Assembly (NCBI GenBank): GCA_020536535.1
Contig: JAHLWZ010000068.1
Coordinates: 16,196-80,195 of the forward strand
Source of the DNA: Pelomyxa schiedti
Taxonomy: Eukaryota > Protista > Evosea
DNA: 64,000 nt
Reading direction: 5' to 3'
Positions 55,848-64,000 of the stretch are shown piece after piece. Each line of letters opens with the position of its first letter. Position 1 is the stretch's first letter. The notes under the pieces were generated by a model. It ran no database searches and was not told the origin of the DNA. It was given only the letters and a program-made list of their open reading frames with translations. The translations under genes and the position numbers were made by a program.

Positions 55848-57183
55848 ATGAGAGACCAACGGCCTTGGCTCATTTTCGCTGTGATGTTCATGCTGCGCTG
55901 CTCCACTGTTGCAGTGTCGGGCGACAGCAGTAGACATGCCGTCAGTTCCGCCACGGCTCCAGACACAGGAGTACTGCAAGCCAAAACAAGTGGGAGACAC
56001 ACTTCTGCTGTTGTTGGAGCTACGGAGGATGCGGAGAGTGTACGCTTCGTATCAAATTCAACGTTGGCATTGTCCACTGATTACCGAACTCAGTCCCCCC
56101 TTAGGACATTCAGGTCACCCTTTATTACACGTTTACCGTCGGGACCGCTGCTCAGTACTCTATTGCTATCTACCCTGTGCCATTGTCTCTTCCAACTGAC
56201 AACGTAATGGGTGCAGTGGCTCTTGTCTCCAATATGACGTCAGCATTTACCACAACAATTACCACGGTTTTTCTTACTATATATCCACGGCATAACTGCT
56301 TTGTTAACGGGACATTTGTGCTTCAATTTTATATTGAGTGCATGATGGATGACGATCCTGTGTGTGATGACAACCTGCCATCCTTCACAGCGAGCCTTGA
56401 TATTTATATTCCTGACTGTTCTCAACTCCAAAACATTGAACCAACTGCCTGGCTGACCATACGGACATATGATGAACAAGGGAACTTTTCTATTGCCTTT
56501 CAAGACGGCCAGAGTATGCTTCCTTTTTTTTTTTTGTGAACCAGGAAAACATAATCAGGTATGATTATTGAGGAAATCTTCACTGTTTCAGGAGTGACCC
56601 CTACAGAAAATTGTGAGTGCACAACCGGAATGAAATTGTTTGATTGGTCTGGCAATTCTCTTGGGAAATACACCTTGGAAGATGATGCTGAACTTTTTCA
56701 CACAACCTCCCTCTTTGTCTCTCCACTTGAGAACAAACTGAGGTACGAATGACTTGTGACTTGGTTTAATTACAACGACAAGGACAGTGTATACCTCAAT
56801 CCCGGAATCTTCAATCAAACTGAAAATCAATCACGCCAGGTTGTTCAAATAAGTGCCAGCTGTACACTCAACTGGGGATTCAAGAAACCCTAACCCTAAA
56901 GAAACTACTTCCAGAGTGTTCATTCGCGATTCAACTCCTTGTGTTGAGGTTGATGGTGATTGCAATCCCTCTGCAATATCAGTGACAGTTGCAATGCCTA
57001 AAAACACTTCTGATGATAATCCACACATGGATCATTCTTGTCTGTTTATCTGTTGGCATGGTTGGAGGTGCCACAGCACTCTTGATTGTGCTCAAGTGCA
57101 AACAAAATCATCCCCCAAAAGAGAGAGAAGGAGATTTGGGAAAGACCCTGTTACAACTGACTCATGTGACAGCGAACCATTGA
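55848..57183 (+). CDS. hypothetical secreted or single-pass membrane protein
   Basis: N-terminal signal-like WLIFAVMFMLRCSTVA and C-terminal TM WIILVCLSVGMVGGATALLIVL, with short introns. Confidence 0.5.
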
Positions 57184-57282
57184 ACAGTTCTCCGAAGATT
57201 AGATTCAATTATTTAACGTTGAACATTTCCTTTTTCCAAAATCGAACAAAATCTGAATTACCAAGACAAACAAACACAAAAA

Positions 57283-59683
57283 ATGCATGTCAACGCTGAG
57301 ATGGGAGGCAGTGGCTCCGGCGGATCTACGTCATCCCCGTTTGTCGTTGTTGGCGTAACTGCAACGTCGTCATCGTTGTCGTTTCCTCCCCCGCCGCCCC
57401 CGCCCCCGCCACCTCCGATGCACTTTTTCTCGTTGGCACCACCTTCGGCTTATGGGTCTGGGGCTTCTGCGTCGTGGTCGTTGGCGGCGGCTACTTTGGC
57501 GTCGAGACCTGGAGACCACAGGGCAAAATTGGCCGCTTTGTTCAAAGAAATTGAGAAGGAATTCGATGCACTCTACGAGGAAAATCAAATCCGTGCGTTT
57601 CCACTTTTTCCTTTGTTGGTTGGTTGTTCTGAAATTGGCGTTCTTTTAAAACAAATGCACTGAACTACTACTTTTTTCCCCCACAAGTTCGGCACAGACT
57701 TGGCCTTTCCGAGAATGTATTAATGCCACCATATCTGCAATCACTTGCACACAGACATAGTATGCACTTCAAATTGACACAGAAACTCAACAAGTATTAG
57801 CTCTTGACAATTTAAAAAAGAAGATCAAACGAGGGCTTCCCACCCAAAAAGTGAGTGCAACTACAAATCCCTTTTTGCTCACTTTTTTCCAAGGTGTCTT
57901 GCACCTGGGGTGTGCTTCACAAATTTCCTTCTCACAGGGATGGGATTTGGGAAATCTCCAATTGCCCATGGGACTCTGGTGTATTTGCAACAGCATCCGT
58001 TGGTAACTGGCACCTTGTAGGGTTTTTAATTATAACCGGAAAGAAAAAAAGACAGGACAGTGAGGATTCGAAATGCAGAAACAGGACAAAGTATGGTATA
58101 CTACGGTCACAAAGGATCTGGTTTGTACCAAAATGTTTCTTAATAATTTTTAAAACCAAAAACAGTAAATTCTATACGTTTCCGACCAGGAGAACGTCTT
58201 GCCTGCACTGGTACATCTCCTTTTTTCTGGATTGTGGGGTGACTGTAAAGGGGAGGTTAGCTTCTGGCGACTGTCTCTGCCATATCATTCGTGTTCCACT
58301 GTCTTTTGAAGGAAAGTCGCATGCTCGGCCCTTTCCAGCAACTTCCTCTCCAACTCCTACACGACGACCAAGACCTGTAGTTATACCACAAGTAAGAGTT
58401 TTTTCCAACGGTAATAACACACTGACTTCTAAAAACCCAGCACGGTAAAAGTTACGACGAAATCCTTTCTCAATCACCATTGCATACAGTAGATTACGTA
58501 ACACCATCCATCAGTATCGCCTCTCCACAACAACAACCAATCGACTTCGACGACACAGAAGTCCTTCCCCCTCTCCAACCCTCATATGATACAATCGATA
58601 TGGTTGTCAGATCACCCCAACAGGAGCTAAAAGGGCACACAAGTAAGCCAACATAAATTCCAACCTGATTATGGCACGAATACAATTAATAGATGCTGTG
58701 ATTGCTTGCGATTTCATTGGTGAAAATAAATTGATATCTGGATCATGGGATAATACTCTCAAACTTTGGTCTATCACGGGTGAATGCCTGCACACAACAT
58801 CCAATTTAGGTGAGACTTGTCTTTTAAACTTATTATTTTCTTGATTTAATATTGATTAGAACCTTTTGTATTTTTTCCCAAAACAAAACAACAACAAAAG
58901 GCCTAGATGATTACACTCACATTACCAATGTCACCTCTCATGTCTCATCACAACTTGTAACCGTCACCTCATCTGACGGTTTCTGCAGACTACTTGACAT
59001 TCGCCTACCTTCAGCCTCTGCATCACAACATCCCTCTCCTTGTACATCAATTATTGAGGCGTTTCAAGCTCATTCAGAGTAAGCGATTCACTGTTTTTGC
59101 GGTTGCCTCACATTTTCAGCACGTGTACTTCTGGTGTGTTGGCTGCTGATGCAGTGTCACTGGTGACCAGTGGCTTTGACAAATCCTTCAAGGTACTTAT
59201 CCGGCGTCACCCGATACAAATTAATTCAAGGAAAGGTCTGGGATTTAAGGAACACAAAAAGCCCAAGGAACACTCTGAGGGGATCAACGGCGGCAAGCAG
59301 GTATGGCGTCCCAACATAAAAAAATCGAACAAATTGAATGACAGGTTCACAATTTCACCCAATGGGCGTATCCTTGTTCCCCGAGACGAGAAGTCCGCCA
59401 CTATTTTCGATGTGAACAGTATTAACAACACTAGACTAGCAAAAGCTTGCACGAATTTTCCTGCCTTCTCTGGACTGGTACAGCAGCACAACCCAATCTA
59501 TTGACTCCTAAACCGCGCACTCAGGTCAACTCCATTGCCTGGGCTGCCGACAGAGAGGAGAGTGTAGTTTACACCGTTAGTGGATTTGACACCACGGTTC
59601 TGGCCTGGGGTCCCGATGCAATGTTTGACCAACCACAAATACCCACCCACACCCACAAGCACCCTTCCGGCGGTAGCCTCTGA
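57283..59683 (+). CDS. WDR37: WD repeat-containing protein 37
   Basis: LFKEIEKEFDALYEEN coiled segment, SHRDGIWEIS, YYGHKGS|VNSIRF, TASGD and ELKGHT..SGSWDNTLKLW. Confidence 0.85.
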
Positions 59684-59776
59684 ATTCAAGAGTGTACAAC
59701 AGCAACAACCTGTAAACAACCCACAAAACAAAACAGAAGAAAAAACCACAAATAATTTTTCCGCTGGCCCGACCAA

Positions 59777-61191
59777 ATGAGTGGCGACGTGAACACTGGA
59801 TTGGAAGTTGTGCACAAGGCGGTGGAGCACGATGCGCAGGGGAGGCCAGGCGAGGCAGCGTATTTGTACGACTTGGCCGTGTCGTTTTTCAACCGCGCAA
59901 TGGGTGGTGTGTTATTGTGTGATTGTTGTGGGTGCGGTGCGTGTCGGCGCAAATGCATTTGGTTTGGGCGTTATGATTTACATCAAGAGCGTGTTGCTTT
60001 GTGTTGAGCTCTCGGTTGTGAGAGGTTTTTGTGAAATATTGATTTTTTTGTTATATGTGCAGTGGAGACCAATGAGGGCACTAGGCAATTATTGAGCAAG
60101 AAAATAAGGGAGTACTCCCTAAGAGCCGTGGAGCTGCGCCGCTTGGACCCTTGCTACACACCATCTTTGCCGGCTTCAACTAGACCGGCACTCTCTGCAG
60201 AGCCAGTGCAGAACCAGAATTCAACAATGCCTCCATATGTCAATACTACAAATGTTTCTTATGCGAACCAGGGGGATCCACGAGGAATTACATCACCATC
60301 CCAATCAAGCTTTACACCTGTAGATTCAACACACAGGTAAAAAAAAACTAATGGCAGTCAGAAATTGATTTTGCCTAATAAAAACAGTGAGACAAATGCT
60401 GGGATGCAGGATGTTGGCCTTGCAACAAAGTACCTTTCTTTTTCCCCTCCACACTCCCCCCACATCAATTTCATGTTTAATAGACAATAATATCTCTCAA
60501 GTGCCGAAGAAGCACAAAACTGGCAGCAGGCACTTGCCCATTGGAAATCTGCTGCTCTTCATTTTGGAAACGCTTTGAAGAGTGCGATTTCTTCCTCTGT
60601 TCCGTATTGAAAAATGAAACAAACCTAGTTGAAAGTAATGAATCCACCAAAGCGAGTTTACGGACTAGAGCTACGCAGTGCCTTGATAGAATAGACCAAA
60701 TCCAAGCTGCACTTACTCCTCCCGCACCTCCTGACCCGTATATCCTCATTCAATTTACATTTTCTTGTTCTTTTCACCTCTCCAAGGAATATTCAAGCAG
60801 GAATCCAAGTTGCACAACAAGCTACAGATGCTGATTCTGCTGGTAAAATTCCCGAAGCAATTGCCCTCTATCAGCAGGCAATTGACTTGCTTAGAAAAGC
60901 TTTCCTAAATCCAGGTATATTTTGCTTGGATGCTTCTCAATCTCCACTCACATGGCACAATCAACAGCAACTCCCAACAGGGACAAAGACCTCCTCAAAG
61001 ATAAAGCTGTGTATTATACCATGAGATGTGAACAGCTCAGAAACCTACAAGCAGGGAATCACAACCCAGTACAACTCTCACTTGCTCCTGGCGAAAAGTA
61101 CGTAAATCCCGTCGCACAGAAAGGTCTCTTTGAGAAGTTCGTGGATAAAATTACCAGTGAGGCCAGAATATCTGACAATTGGAGTTCCTGA
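59777..61191 (+). CDS. protein with three MIT domains
   Basis: Three repeats of the MIT pattern: KAVEHDAQG..AAYLYDLAV..KIREYSLRAVEL; AEEAQNWQQALAHW..RATQCLDRIDQI; QATDADSAGKIPEAIALYQQAI..KAVYYTMRCEQL. Confidence 0.75.
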
Positions 61192-61236
61192 AAAAAAAAG
61201 AAACCATATTGCTACCATTCATATCCTTCAAATTTT

Positions 61237-61320
61237 AAAAAAAATAGAAGAACAAAGAAGAGGAGAGGGCAGAATAGAGGCTGTATTTACGGAAGCCAGC
61301 CCATTAGAGGTATGGAGGGA
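61237..61320 (-). repeat. internally deleted second copy of the 51.2-kb permuted-tRNA element
   Basis: + strand aaaatagaagaacaaagaagaggagagggcagaatagaggctgtatttacgga versus aaaatagaaggacaaagaggagagggcagaatcgaggcttgatttacgga at 51155-51204, plus shared gcccattaga and atggaggg. Confidence 0.85.
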
Positions 61321-61386
61321 CAAGATTCAGGTTTTTCTTTTTATTTTTTTTAAAAAGGAACACCGCAATGAGGCAGTGATTCCAAG

Positions 61387-61470
61387 AAAAAAGTGAGGGG
61401 AGCACATAAGCAACTGACAAGCCCGAGGATCCGGGCAAGCCAGCAACTTGGGTGGACTAGTGCTCACCCT
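61387..61470 (-). ncRNA. candidate small hairpin RNA followed by T6
   Basis: AGGG(T)GAGCAC/GTGCTCCCCT, AAGTTGCTGGC/GTCAGTTGCTT and GCCCG/CGGGC form nested stems, followed by TTTTTT. Confidence 0.4.
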
Positions 61471-61660
61471 GTTGTTTGTTGTTTTTCATTTTTGGTTGAA
61501 GATAATTATCTTTTTACCGACGCGAATAACTACCGCCCACGTGGCTCTGTTATTGTGGGAGAGTTCTTGAACCAAATTTTATCGCTGCTCGAAATCAAAG
61601 AGAAAAAAACCGACCTGGCCCACGGTTATGGGTTAGGTGTGAGCCCGACAACCAACCCTT

Positions 61661-63557
61661 CTATTCACTTGTTCCGTTCTGTGGGCTTGCGGGGGCAAGT
61701 GGATCGCACGGCGGCATGCCAACAGCACACGACGGGTGGCTGTCCCACTGGCACGCGGCGCAGTGGTACGTGAAGCCGTCGCCTTCGCCGCCGCACGCGT
61801 CGCAGTAGTACTCGCCGTACTGGTACACGAACGGCAGAAGCTGCAGCGGGTGCTGCTCGTGCTTGCTGTGCCGGATCCACTTTGGCAGCGCCTCCATCGC
61901 CGCGGCCCGCCCGGCCTTGCACTCGGCCAGCCGTTCCGGCGTCCATGGGAATGCGGATGTTCCGCCGTAGCTGAGGCTGACGGCGTCCTTGCCCTCAAGC
62001 GATAGGGTCTTCCCGGCAGAGTTGAGGAGTACGAGCGTGGGGATTCCTTCGAGTTCGAAGTGCTCCTTTAGGTTCTTGGATGACTTGCGGTCTGAATAGG
62101 GAAGAGCGAGCCACGGCATATCTGCGAAATAGCCGTCAAAGTCACTTTGTGTGTTATCAGCAGATATGAACACCACCTCAAATTTCTTCCCTGCAGCCTT
62201 GAGTTCATTGTACACCTTTACTAGAACTGGTGTGAATGCACAGCAGGGCCCGCACCAATGCGCAGAGAAATACAGCCCTATACGTTCATTTTCCACAAGA
62301 GATGATACCGGGATATTCTGTCGAGCTCCGTTGATAAGATAGTCCCTTGTTGGTGTTCCAAGAAGCGAAGATACGCTCTGATTTTCGCGAGCTAACCTTA
62401 ATCTCTCTGCCTTTGCAGTACGTAGCACATTTATTACCTCGTCTGTGAACGGGTATGCATCGGCACCGAAATCATCAATGTAACTAGCTGCACTTGTTGT
62501 GACCATCTTCCCGCACTCATTGAGGATGACCAATGATGGCACTCTTGATAGAGTGAAAAACTTCCACAATTTACGGGCTAAGATTTTGTCAAACGGCACT
62601 ATAAGCCACTGGGTGTCCTTGCAGGAGTTTTCTTCACTCTCATCCATGGATACGCATACAACCTCAAATGCCTTGTTTTGGGCCTTCAGCCCGTCATAGG
62701 CTTCTTTAAGGACAGAATTGAAAGTTGTGCACCAGGAATTATTCCGGAGGAAGAGAATTCCAAGTGGCCTACCATGGAGTGACGAGATATCAATGTGTGT
62801 GCCTACTGGATCTGAGACCCAAGTCCGGATGGGAGTTCCCAGCAATGTCATCGCGGACATATTAGCCACCAGTTCAGCGTGTTTACGCTCACTGTCGTCC
62901 TTTAATGCTTTTACATTCTCAGGACAAAACGGAAATACTTTTGTGCCGTGTTCCTCAACAAGATCGCGGCCCTCGTCTGTGATCTTGGTGCCGTCCGGTG
63001 CTAAAATGACCAAAGAAGGAATTCCTTCTATCTTTGTCAAGTTAGGTTTCTAGAAATTTGAAGGAATATGAAGTACATTATACAATTTTGAGAGTCTAGT
63101 TTCCGTATCGCGATCTTCAAAGGGTACCGCAAGCCACGGCATCTCGTTGTAGTACTCACTGAACTCGTCCTCATTACTGTATCACAGGTTATTCCCAATA
63201 TATTGTACAATAAATCTTATTTTTTCCAGAGCGCAGGTACACAAACCTGTCTGAGGATACAAAAACAATTTCCAAAGGCTTCCCCTGTGCCACCAACTCC
63301 TTGTACACTTCAGCCAACAAAGGTGTGAAAACTTTGCAAGGTGGGCACCAGTGTGCAGAGAAATAGAGGCCAACAATCTTTCCCTCCAACCCCACAAGAC
63401 CCACCCTATTTCCCTCCTTCCCCAGCAGATAGTTTCGCCCCTCTGTGAATAACACCTGCTGCATCACTTCGGTTTGTTTGTAAGTTTTTATCGGCCGAAG
63501 GAGTTCCTCCCATCTCGATGTGCGTGCCGCAAACTTTTCCAAACCCGGAATGAGCAT
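61661..63557 (-). CDS. nucleoredoxin, plant NRX1-type (three thioredoxin domains plus C-terminal DC1/C1-like Cys/His domain); start approximate
   Basis: GLYFSAHWCPPC, a degenerate middle domain (NSWCTTF), GLYFSAHWCGPC, repeated WLA(V/L)P(F/Y) and GIP(S/T)LV, and HEQHPL..YYCDAC..YHCAACQWDSHPSC. Confidence 0.92.
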
Positions 63558-64000
63558 CTAAGCGGCAAGAACCTCTGGGGTTAGACACACACTTTGTTTG
63601 AGGGGGTCTCAATCAAGACTTGGGGTGTGGCATAACGGTTGTTGTGAGGGAATCTTTAGAGGAACCTTCCAAAGGTGGTTTGAAAACAAGCCAATACTGA
63701 ACACCACACGAACAAGCAGTCCCTACGTGATTCACAGGAGGGGAGAGGCAAATGATGTTATGGCTTTCAGGCTTAGGCATAATAGGTAACACGGCACTGC
63801 ACGTTTTGGCTGGAAACAGAAACAAAAAACAAGTGGAAGCTCTATCAAGTCCCTGTAAAGTTACAGCCAGCCCCAGGCCAAAAAAACCCCTATGTGCGCG
63901 TATGCACTCAAAAACACCCATCACAACGATTTTTAGCAACTATCCATTCGTATTTGATTTGAGCTGCACAAACTTATTTGTGAGTATCAAGATGTTGTAG

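Noticed and set aside
61396-61470. SECIS element for the nucleoredoxin
   Set aside because: There is no in-frame TGA at the active sites and no ATGA/GA quartet with an apical AA.

Overview
This is a gene-dense eukaryotic window with about 26 protein genes, many 35-60 nt spliceosomal introns and one N-gap at 13304-13403. A fused-type pyruvate:ferredoxin oxidoreductase together with Rac, CYRI and PTPDC1 suggests an anaerobic, probably flagellated amoeboid protist, possibly an archamoeba such as Pelomyxa (inference only). Recognisable genes: PPP phosphatase, SAM-SAM-UBA-Rho GTPase fusion, RRM protein, eIF2-alpha kinase, CYRI/FAM49, Rac, PTPDC1, PFOR, papain-like protein, ZZ-GNAT, CHMP1, membrane Cache-like PDE, Cys-rich membrane protein, PSMD5, PHO80-type cyclin, WD40-C1-Sec7-PH protein, PQ-loop transporter, C2-RasGAP, DUF4604 protein, WDR37, triple-MIT protein and nucleoredoxin. 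The most striking feature is non-coding. On the minus strand at about 51206-51290 lies a circularly permuted tRNA-Leu(CAG) fold. Its order is T-arm, acceptor stem closed by a GGAA loop, D-arm, anticodon arm, and it is opened in the variable arm. It sits in a predicted ~210-nt structured RNA ending in a T12 tract, and an internally deleted second copy lies at 61237-61320. Other highlights are a Rac gene apparently nested antisense in another gene's intron, a natural G12D Rho fusion, a PFOR with a remodelled substrate pocket, a Sec7 domain lacking its catalytic Glu, and a receptor-like PDE. All exon structures were assembled by eye, so some gene ends are approximate.
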